DNA of 64,000 bases, taken from assembly GCA_002633005.1 (NCBI GenBank), contig NMRA01000882.1:28579-92578 (forward strand), read 5' to 3'. Shown here piece after piece: positions 12,200-22,959 of this stretch. This stretch comes from Phoronis australis. Its lineage: Eukaryota > Animalia > Phoronida. Under the pieces are notes generated by a model. It did no database searches. It had not been told where the DNA came from and saw only the letters and a list, made by a program, of their open reading frames with translations. Positions within the stretch are counted from its first letter, which is position 1. Every line of letters begins with the position of its first letter. A program made the translations under genes and the position numbers.

Positions 12200-13230
12200 A
12201 ACACCGGTGCATTTACTTCGTTTAGTTAGCCCAAATCTTTAATATTCTTAATCGAGGTGCAATTGCTTGCTTGCTCCTTCACCTATCAAACTTCCAGACA
12301 TCAAGGAACTGTTTCATTATCTTTGGCAATACACATAGTACTTCTTACATAAAAAGTGTGCTAATTGTACGTCACAGTGACTTTTGCCGTTTCCGTATAT
12401 GTACATTCAAATGTTTAGGCCGGTCCGCATGCACAGCAATACGTTCGTGAAAGATAAAACTTGCTCAAACATTTCAGATGTATATAGCAATTGCCATCTA
12501 TCGTAAAGTCGTTTTTTGTTACGGGATTTTAAAATTAAAGTCTAAATTTTTCCGACATTTCTGGACAGAACACAGATACATGTAGCTATTTTTCAATCCA
12601 AATGAAAGTCTGAATTATCGGATTTATTGAACTGATTTTGAATGTTTCAAATAACAATCTTCGATTTTCCAATCAAGCGTATTTTGGATGCATCAAGATA
12701 AGTTCCCTACCATTTTCCTTAGTTGCCGTTGAATTGCTCAGGCACGTTCGTGCAACTTCCAGGCTGCCGAACAACGCGTTAAAAGCACTTGTGGCTACTG
12801 CAGTTGCAGCAAATTTAGTTTTTGGCTCTTTAAGAAAACCATGAAAACATAAAATGGATAATTTTATGTCGAATCCATGTAAATGAAGAAACGGTGATAT
12901 TTTTACCGATGTTGGCCCACCTAATTCACTTGTGTATAAGTGCCGGCGAAACAACGTGGTTATGCCCTGACCAGGACATATTTAAAACACACTTTTCAAA
13001 CATGTATAAGACACACTGTGGGTAGAGGGGTATCGAAACATTGCAGGGTACATTGCTTCACCAAAGATGTCGCGGTGCTCAAACGAACGCAACCTTGTGT
13101 ATGCAGTTGGTGGTCGACCTTAGTGCTTCACATATTGTATAAAGGTTTGCGTTTTGATGTCACATGAGTGATGCAAATTGTTTCAAAACCGTGTGTTCAA
13201 GTTGTGGTCTCAACATCAGTAATGTTGACA
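12200..13230 (-). pseudogene. Degenerate MULE transposase, copy B
   Basis: ITTLFRRHLYTSELGGPTSVKISPFLHLHG..AVATSAFNALFGSLEVARTC..KEN and IGEG...L..EY.RFGL mirror the order of MULE core motifs (TT.YRH, P.FLHG, AFGTD/E.AL, C..H..N, GEY.L..EY). Confidence 0.5.
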
Positions 13231-14979
13231 AGCGACTTTGTACGTACGACTCAATGTACGTTCCATAGTGAAAACACTGAGAATCGAGATGTGCACATGA
13301 AGAGTGGCACTCTCCTGGACTCTCGTGACATTATTACGTGACTTAGGCCGTAACTGTGCATTGACACGAAATAACAGTCTCAAAGATATTTACTGCTCAA
13401 TGAATAAAGTGCTTGATAGTTTTGAGTCGAGATTTCACCGTACTCACAACGAAAACACCCAAGGCATCAAAAATATGATGTTAGTTCTCAACTACATTGC
13501 CGAAGAAACTGATTGAATTATAATACAAAAATTAATGTAACCACTTAGACGGTTGTCAATATCTCAGGTCATTCATTTGGGGCTATAAAGTGTAACGCGA
13601 ATAAATAATTTAATAACAAACATTACTCAAAAGGCGATTGCCTGTTTCACATATTTACCAAAGGAGTTTTGTAACTTCCACCTTCTCCACAGAATACATT
13701 CATTGTAAATATGATTGGAAGTGTCATGTTCAAGAACTCAAAATCTCACAATTTGAAACCCCCAAACTGCACTTCTCACTGTATTGTTGAAGTTGCAGCA
13801 AACTCGTCAAAATCACCACGATTCATTTTCCATTTAAACATATAATAAATGTTTTGAATTATTATCATCATTTTCGAAAATAAGAAATCTTTTGTTCATT
13901 AATTTACGTTTTTGTGTTTTGTATAGTGCACACGATGTTTTTGTCGCGCTGCGTCTTGAATAATGTCGTGGTACCCGAAATAAGATTGTCCTATGAGGGG
14001 TGAACCAAACTTATTGGGTGGTTCCAGACTATAGTGTTTAGGTAATCTTTACTTTTGTGGTGAAGATCCGCAAGACCACGCATTGTGATTTAGTCTTGTC
14101 ACTTTCCAATTGTCAACCGTCGCATCAACATTTTTTAGACGAAAATTCACAACTCATACAGTGCAGTACTTGATTATGATCAAACAATTTCAATTTCTAA
14201 AAAGACATGAGATTCTACACTTTCAAATGGGCGGCGCAGCACTGAAAAAAGTGGGGGCAAAAGGGCCCCAGACCCCTGTGGTGCATCGCAAATAGACCAT
14301 GGGTGGCGCATCTTTGAAAAAGTGGGTGCTGCAGCACCCCGGCTACCCATGGTGCGGCGACCGTGAGAGATGTTGTGAATGGGAATAGCCATTGAAAAGG
14401 AATATAGGAATATTTAGATAATCAAGCAATCCCAATTTTAGTTAATAACCAAAAAAACAAGATTGGTTGACCCTGATGATGACATCTCTTTTGTTTGAGA
14501 ATTATTTTGTATTTCAGCATGGAAGGTTTGCACTTAACCAATTTGCCACCAGGTGAGTGTTCTACTCAAAAACACGTCCAATACATTAGGCCTATGTCTA
14601 CCTTCTAGCCTTCGTGGCATTTTATTTGAAACACAGTTGGGGCAAACATCTGACTACCCTTGTTGTAAAAACGGAAAATTTGCTATAATAATGAATTTCC
14701 AAAAGCTTTCCCAACAATCAAATTTTAAAGACACTGAACTGTTAAATTTGTTCTTTCAGAGGACACATTGGCCAAGGGTCTATAATGTTCACATCTACGT
14801 CACACACAGTTGTATTGGAAGGTGACAAACGTTTCCATTCCGGTCAACGTCATGATAACCCGTTTATTACGCAGCCCACATCTAATATTTTCCCAACAAC
14901 TTTTACCATCAGAAATATTTAGTCTTTGAATCATTGTTTCGAGGGATGTCGATAATTTTGTCATAGGGTAAATGTTTAC

Positions 14980-15033
14980 TTCCCGCAATAAATATTCTAG
15001 CAAACTTATGGCCTGTGTAGGAGTGTTTCCATC
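14980..15033 (-). CDS. Partial or capping ankyrin-like exon DGNTPTQAISLLEYLLRE (3' extent uncertain; frame stays open to 14800)
   Basis: CTGCAG acceptor then phase-0 DGNTP; a possible GTAAAC donor follows. Confidence 0.45.
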
Positions 15034-15572
15034 CTGCAGTAAGAGAACAAAATTTCGGTCAGCAATACACATAGCGACTCGGGTGGATCAACAGTGCGTT
15101 ACGTTTTACATGTATATCTACAGTTCAAAACTTCACTATCACCTGCTTACTTATGAAGTGGTTGACTCAACAGAGCACGACTACATGTGCACTGGACATT
15201 TAAACTCGAGCGAGATCTCTTCAATGCCGGTCTGACTTGGTGTAGTCACGTGATTGAAACGATGACTCTAAATATCACAACTCGGTGTTATGTATTACAA
15301 AAGAGAGACATTCATTTCGTGTAGTTAGCTCTATGAAAATGCAAGTAAATACCAACCCATTGTACAACTCCAGTTTTTAATTGTTTAAAGTCACGTGCAC
15401 GTCACGTCACGCGCGGTGGAGTGCAACAAGAAATGTCAACGTTAACAACAAAATCACATATTGGTTTTTAATTGATTTAAACATCGAATAATTCAGCCTA
15501 GCCACGCGTTGTACGTTCATGTTCGTTGTATAACCACTTGTTCAACCAAACGACCAGTTTGTCATTAATTAC

Positions 15573-15671
15573 CTGATAACGGAAATTCACGTTGGCCCCG
15601 TGTTGGATGAGACACTGTACGACGGCTGTATGACCCTCCTCTGCTGCCTTGCGCAGCGGTGTAAAGTCAAT
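15573..15671 (-). CDS. Ankyrin-repeat exon IDFTPLRKAAEEGHTAVVQCLIQHGANVNFRYQ
   Basis: 99 bp, open, TAG acceptor and GTAAT donor, phase 0/0. Confidence 0.9.
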
Positions 15672-15992
15672 CTACATGTATGTAATATATAATGGAGATG
15701 TGTGAATGGACGGGGGAATGTGAACTTGCAAAGTGACATAAATGAATCATTACTGACCCCTCTAAGACGCTATAATACTTGTAATGATGTCTTAGTTTTA
15801 GAACAAACAACACAGCGTGTTCAGTGTTTCCAGTCTTTGAATGCACAAGCATGTAAAGCAGACGATATTTAATTTGACATTGTTTAGCGACATTAAATTG
15901 TGAATAATATAAACAAAATGTTACTTTATAGTTTCAATATTCTTTTATTTAAGCAACTAGTTCAACCAAACAACCTGCGTGTCACTACTTAC

Positions 15993-16091
15993 CTCATCAC
16001 GTACATCTACACTGGCCTTGTTGTCCAATAATACCTCCACTGTCTGTGTATGACCACCCTGTGCTGCCATGGACAGCGGTGTCTCGCCATC
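15993..16091 (-). CDS. Ankyrin-repeat exon DGETPLSMAAQGGHTQTVEVLLDNKASVDVRDE
   Basis: 99 bp, open, CATAG acceptor and GTAAGT donor, phase 0/0. Confidence 0.9.
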
Positions 16092-16628
16092 CTATGTAAT
16101 ATATAATGGAGATGTGTGAATGGACAATCAACGTTTAGAGGTAATTAACATACACGGGGGAATTTGAACTTGTAAAGTGACATAAATAAAACATTACGGA
16201 CTCCTCTAAGACACTACAATACTTGTAATGAATTGTTACAGGTGATTTTAAAACGTTGCACTAACAACAGAACATGCTGTGGACGTCAATGCAAGAAATT
16301 ACTCAGCGCCTCCATAACTTCTCAGCGAAACCTCTATGTTGTGTTTATAAACATCTTTACTGGCTTCTTTTTTATTATAAAGTTGTTGAATGGACAAAAT
16401 GAATCACGGTGAAGCTGACAAATACGTTGTCGACGAGATACAAACCTCATTGCTTCTTAAGACACAAACACTGGGTACAGATTGAGAAATACATGTGGAA
16501 ATCACGAGCAATAAAATGGGTCTTTACACAGCATATTTTGTTAAACTTCTGATAGCTTACAACTTTTGTAACAAAGATAATTCTGTCTTACATGTATTTT
16601 TTAAATCTTCCCAAATAGTTTCTATTAC

Positions 16629-16727
16629 CCGATTTCGCACGTCTACATGGGCACCATACTCCAGCAGCAGGCTCACCACCTCCGTTTTGCCCCGCTTTGC
16701 TGCCTCGTGTAGTGCTGTCTGGAGGTC
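16629..16727 (-). CDS. Ankyrin-repeat exon DLQTALHEAAKRGKTEVVSLLLEYGAHVDVRNR
   Basis: 99 bp, open, TTTCTGCAG acceptor and GTAAT donor; visible within ORF 16557-16841. Confidence 0.9.
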
Positions 16728-16893
16728 CTGCAGAAACAATGAACAAGTTACAACAAGCTTCTCAATAATTAATTTTGCCGTGAATCTTAATTGCTCATCA
16801 CGGAAACGTTGAAATAACACATTTGCACATGAACTTTCCAAATCTACTCTTTGATTGCCGAGTAATATATCACTCTCGGGTGGGATGGATCAC

Positions 16894-17033
16894 CTTTTTA
16901 TGAAGAAGGTTGCGTTGCCCTTGTACTTTGTTTGCTAGTGTCAATAGTGCAACCAGTAATTCTCTGAGCAAATACGCGATATGTTTATTAAAAATATTGA
17001 CACTTTTATCAAAGTCCTTTAGACTGGTTGTAC
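16894..17033 (-). CDS. Candidate upstream exon of the ankyrin gene (TTSLKDFDKSVNIFNKHIAYLLRELLVALLTLANKVQGQRNLLHKK)
   Basis: TTAG acceptor, AAG|GTGA donor, open for 140 bp, ends in phase 0 matching the first ankyrin exon. Confidence 0.4.
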
Positions 17034-17890
17034 CTAAGACGGGCTATCGCTCTCATTCAACGTGCCGTTTATATTCACAGTTAAATATCATACATGTAGT
17101 TAAGAGACCAATTTCAGAAAAGAAAACAATTGAATTCGTTTTTATTTCTTAACTAGCTAAATGGGAGGAAATTTAAATATCTGGAAACTCATTTTGACAC
17201 AAAATATGATGTAAGAGGCAACAACGTTGAAGCCAAGTGTACCAAAGCTGCGACTATATACATAGCTAAAAATTTTGTAGCCATCCGGTTCGTACTCGTT
17301 AGCAGATCTATTCAAAACCAATCCTTGTCATCCTTCTTGTGAAGATTTCTGTACAGAAAATCAACTAATCATGCAGTTCCAATTTCGACGCAAATCCAAG
17401 CTCACGTAGGCTTCTAAAACTTGAAACGACGAGGCAGTGGTCTGGACAGGCGAAGCGTTGCGTTTGAAAAGAGCTTTGCCAGCCAGTTTTCACGTGTACA
17501 CGCGATAAATTGATACATTTGCCTGTTCTTGAATATATTTCAGGGGGCATTTCCTCATCACAAGCCACCAATTAAAGACACCATATCCAATCTTAAAAAA
17601 GTGGCTGCAATTCGAATTTGTTGACATTCGTTTGACTCCTTTTACGCGCAGGTGTTTAAAATGGTGAGTTTCGACATTGATTCCAGTTTTATTCTGTAAC
17701 AGAAAGTTAGAGACGATTTACCTCATTCAACATTTCGTTTTACATGGATGGTAAAGAGGCCACATTCTCATTCTACTTACATGTAACAGCAACGTTGTAT
17801 GAATGTTTAAAAGCAAAATCTCGAATTCGTTCCATGCCTCAGAAGAAGCGACACGCATGACGGGGTCACGTGACGTTTCGAGGCTGACAT

Positions 17891-20556
17891 CAAGGAGTGT
17901 ACGAGAGTTCACTCCGCTTTTTTACCATTCGCCGCAATGGTTACTGGTCGAAACACTAGCGCTCCAAGCGGCGAATAATCAACACTTAGTTTGGCGCGCA
18001 GTCCGAACAATGTAAACGCTCAAAAATTCATACTTTAATGACATTCAACGAGCAATAAAATTACTGTGATTGAAAATGGTTAGAATACATAAACTAACAT
18101 CCACTTACAATAGAATGAGAAAGAAAATGTGTATTTTATTCAATATTAAAATTCATCATGGTTTTGTTTCATGTTTGAGTTCTTAACACGGCAATTATCG
18201 TTCCTTATAGCAGTTCATACCTCCACGGACTGCATAATTTGAATGATTGCCCCTGGGGGTTTAGAGGGGAATTCCCCCCAGGTGCCAGCTAAGGGGGTAC
18301 CTGGCAAAAACCGGCAGGTAGGCACCAAATGGGGGGTTGACCCCTCCCAGGGGGTGTTACATGGGAGGAGTGCTAAACGGGTAAAAACCAATGGGTAAGT
18401 ATACCACATGGGTGTGGAGCCCCTCCCATCGTCACACATTTTGGTTGCTCCCCTGACCCGGCCATTGACAAACATGTTGCTCCCAGCTCACTGCCGGTTT
18501 CATCTCCACCCAACAATATCGCATGTGTTCTCTATTCAATGCATGAGTCTACTGGCAATGCAGACAATTGTTTTGTGCAGTGGGTGTTACACAAGTGAGA
18601 AGAAGAAAGCAAGGCAATTCATCACTACCACAAAATCGTAATGCAATTTTAGAACATTCCATTATTTCTTAGACATTCCAGTATAGGGCTCAATCCCACT
18701 CTCCCAATCACCAACAGTTACAAGTCACTTGCTAATCTGTAGAATAGCTCACAACTTACAAAATGAAGTAACATTGAGTATATCATCACCCATAACTAGT
18801 CAAAGTTCAAAATATCATGACAAAAATTTAAGAGGTACTAAACAGCAATCAAAATATTCACTACCCACATAACTTCATACAAAATTGAATTAAAAAGACT
18901 TGGATGATAAAACCAAAATTTTATTTTATATGCCCACTGTTCCTATTAGTAAATATTTCAGGTAAGTTAAAGCCAGACCACAATATCATATCTGATACCT
19001 AGCCTTAAATTAATCACAATCTCCAAAAACATACAAAACAGGCAACACATACAGCAACCAATACAACAAGAAAATCTGACCAACCTTGTCACTTTCTATT
19101 AATTCACTAGCAAACAACAACACTTTTCGCCAAAGAAATGCGTTCTAAATAAAGCTGAAAACTAATTTACTCACAGAGGTCTTTGTCATCGAGAATGATA
19201 CGGATAGCTTGGGTTTAACAAAATTTCCGCCTACCACTCAGACTCTGAATGATCCATCAGTTTCACTTTGGCTCTCTCAAAATCACAGGCTAACCATTCA
19301 TAAAATGTTTCAATCTGATCAACCTTAGTAAAATACGAAAACCAGATTTTGCGGACTAATTGTCCTTTCTACACGTGATGTTCCAGTACTTGCTTTGTGA
19401 GACGATAATCAGAAATGCAAAAAAGCCTATTCCAGAGCTGTAATATAATTTCTGGAGAGCTTTTTGACCCTGACATCTTCATTGTTGGTGGATTGGGGAC
19501 ATCAAATATTGTTTGGGCACTGCAGTCAATACCAGCTTGTTCTTCATTCATGAACGTGGACTCTTCGAAGTGATGAGAACATAACTTGCGGTTCTTGGAC
19601 AAATAGGCTGCATCTCTATTCATAAGGTCAGCTCCCAGCGCTTGCACCTGAACAGAAATCAAAGACTGAGAGACTCAGGAACAAAGCTCATACTCACTAT
19701 GTTCACAGAAGACTGGTAGCCTACACTGAAGTACACTGCACTACAGAATTCCTGTCGCACTATGATTGTGATAGAGACAAATGCGTTTTGGTGTCAACTG
19801 AAAAAACTCGGACTCAAATGTTGATCCACGGATATTTTAACAGGGCCGCGCCCCCGCATCATTGACACATAGAATTAAGTTTTCAATGACGCACTGCTTA
19901 ACTTAATTGGTCCAACTGGCACATTAAAACTATGTTCGGATTTTTCACCTTTTCACCGAGAACCACAGATTCGCTAACTTGACTCATGACAGACTTAGTG
20001 GCCCTGTGGCTGTGATTGTGCCATGGCTGTCATGTCACCAGTCATATTACTCATGGCCATCATGGGCATGGGTATGTTTTCCTAAAATTGTCCCTGCTAT
20101 CGTACGGGTGACATTTGAATTTGGAATTGATGGACTGCAAGTATTCAAAAAGCTGACGATCACATCGTACGTTCATCATAGTCCATCCGCCGGCAGCCCG
20201 GTTGTACAGTAGGCATAGCCTACACTGCAGACAACAGAACAGTGTCAGCGGCAACGGGACTGTGATCGACTTGTCTAGACACAACCGTGAACAGAACACA
20301 AAAATTGAAAGCCAATGTATCATTTTATTGAATAACAGATAACCCTTACCTTTCGGGATCCTTAGGAAACCTAAAAAATGACACGTCTGGAGTTTTCGTG
20401 GATGAATTCATGAAATTTATCGCACTGCAAAATGCGTCCTTCCCCATTGTTTTGGCGCTTCCTGGTTGAGAGTTGCTTGTTCACCACTTGGCGGCGCTAG
20501 TAGTAGCGGTAACAGCGATCTCGCAAGTGAACTCTCCTATACTACTACACTCCTTG
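17891..20556 (-). mobile_element. Non-autonomous P-superfamily DNA transposon
   Basis: TIRs CAAGGAGTGTA..GAGAGTTCACT (17891) and AGTGAACTCTC..TACACTCCTTG (20556); exact 7-bp TSD CTGACAT on both sides; internal THAP. Confidence 0.85.
19480..20447 (-). pseudogene. Two-exon THAP domain of the P-like transposase (exons 20350-20447 and ~19480-19647), frameshifted
   Basis: MGKDAFCSAINFMNSSTKTPDVSFFRFPKDPER|CKRW..ADLMNRDAAYLSKNRKLCSHHFEESTFM..TIFDVPNPP; GTAAGG donor and TTCAG acceptor. Confidence 0.8.
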
Positions 20557-21049
20557 CTGACATATACATGTAGATATAAAGCACATATTCCGTGATAAAG
20601 GAGCAAACTCAAATCACGCGATAATGGAACCCACACGGAATGGGTATTACATTGAAGTTTTAAATTACGAAAAACTAACGACTGACAACGTAATCAGCAT
20701 AAGAAACATTTTTTAAAATTTTCACTGAATTTTTTACTGACTATTTCATCTTAAGAAATTGAACACAGATTGAAGATACAATTTCTGCCACATCATCGAT
20801 AACATTATATGCAGTCAGGTTCAACACGTCATTTGGTTAGGAAAACTTTTCGCGGAATTGTTTTCCGACAAGATATTTTCAATCGTTCGAGTGGCAAAAT
20901 TTAGAGGAAAACAGCTGGAGGGTGTTTTCACTCATAGTTATCTATGTTTGCTTCTTTAACGAGGATGATGACAGTCATATGGCAGGTTATCATTAGAAGA
21001 GTCGTGAGTAATCTTTAATGAATATATTCTTCCATTTGACAATAGTTAC

Positions 21050-22959
21050 TGGAAAGTACGTGACGGATAAAGAGCACTATTCCAGCTTTCACGTCGTGAA
21101 CTACACTTGTAACTACTTCGTTAAACTCCTGAAATGGTATGTCATTGAACAGTAGACCTTCATGTACAGGTACATATTTTGCTTTTTTATATTTTTATCT
21201 ATTTGGAAATATGTCATTTGAACCTCACCGTTAAGCGCGTGGATCAAAATTCAAATCCTTATCAACCTATTGCGACTTGTTTCGGGACATTTGAGATATG
21301 TCTTATAAGAGGAATTTATTCCGAAAAGATTGAGGTCAGCATAAATGTAAACTCTGAAAAGTTCACACACAGTTTTCAGATTTTTTCCCGCTTTTGCTGC
21401 AATGGATCTGCCTACATCGGTCGAATTGTAATTGTTTTAAACATCACTGGTCGTGTGCGTTATTTGTTGTTGCGGACCCTAGAGGCTGTCGACGACATGA
21501 AGGGCAAAATTAAAAGCATTCCATGCCATATTGATAAAAACAAACTTTTAATGATTGGTTTTCCTGACTAGGCGAATGGCGACAACATTGTAATCATTGA
21601 TTATCTTAACTTGCCTTTTTTCCAATCGTATAATAAATTTAATACGTATTACTCCGTCATGATTTCAACATATGAGTGTTTTGTAATATATTAAAGTGGA
21701 CTACAAACAAGTATATTCGTAATATATTTATAATTTGCTTAGCTAATGTACACATTATCACCGTCTCCATCGTTTCTACGATAATTTCTGTTAATTTGTT
21801 GCTCAAAAATAATTTTAATTCGAATTTGGGGTTCTAATTTGATCGAATGTACTTGTCTAAACTCATGGAAAAAATGGTTTACCATGTTCAATATAATATT
21901 TTTCATGGTGCTTAACAGTCTGGGGGTATGACAAAAATCTTTGGTAACGGTAGGATCAGTTTTACTACATACAACATGTGTACAACCAAACAAAGCGAAC
22001 ATAAACATCTTAAACACTAGCCTCACAACAAAACTGTGTCAGTATTACAATTCAGGGCTAGGCGACTGCTACTTGGACCCGTCGCTAATATAAATAAAAA
22101 AATGGCTTATTTAATGACAAAACACCGCGAGAAATAATCAATAATAGCATCGATCAATAAAACGATAACAAATACTGTAATGTAAAGCATTTGTTTGAAT
22201 GAAAACCATCCTTTTGTTAGTGCCACCTCACCTCAAGATACAGGTGTGAAGACTATTGCATGCACGTGGAAGCCAACAACAAACAACTGTTGGAATCTGA
22301 AACTTTGGCTGCAGCCAATGGACCACGAAATGATGTAATCGACTCATCTTCTTACATGCATAAATGTTTAACATGTTAGATTGATGGCATATATAACAAA
22401 TACAATATTAAACAAAGATAGTGGCTTTCAACCTTTAACGCAACAACTGTATAAACACGATGTTTTCAGGGTTACATTGTAGGTTGAGATCAGCAGATTG
22501 GTCATGTACTTACGAACTCGTCCAGTGGCTGGTCGACGTCCCATCTACGTTGTATAAATTGCCATACAGTATCCTGAGGACAGTCGTCATATTTGATGGC
22601 TCTTTCAATCTGAAAAGAATGACAATTAAGTATGGATTACACATCACACACTGTACATGTATATGTAATATAATTATGTAGTCCTAGCAGTTTCAGATTT
22701 GCCAGTAACTCGCAAACTACTTGAACTTCCCTGCATTCCTGTTAATAGCTCATGCAGCTGGTACATGTATATGGATTGTTCCTTAACAGTGAAAAACGTA
22801 GACATAATTTTAGGCACATTAAGCCATTTTGCCGGTGTAGAAACTTCCATTCATTTTCCCCAAACCTTAATTGACTGCACAGGAAGCGAAAAGTACTGGG
22901 ATTTTCCAGACGCTCGAACTATACAGCGATATTCACCACGCCAAGTACATCCGAATTTC
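21050..22959 (-). CDS. Three candidate small exons (22866-22959, 22514-22609, 21050-21128) of an uncharacterised gene
   Basis: Each has a TTTCAG acceptor, a GT donor and an open frame, with mutually compatible phases; the first contains an Ig-like GEYRC motif. Confidence 0.3.

Larger units (their letters stand above)
10476..14432. repeat. Copy B of the ~4-kb composite block
   Basis: Colinear with 1-3992. Confidence 0.95.

Noticed and set aside
17865-17874. GTCACGTGAC E-box/CLEAR promoter of the ankyrin gene
   Set aside because: A single motif with no transcript evidence; candidate exons further upstream make the gene start uncertain.
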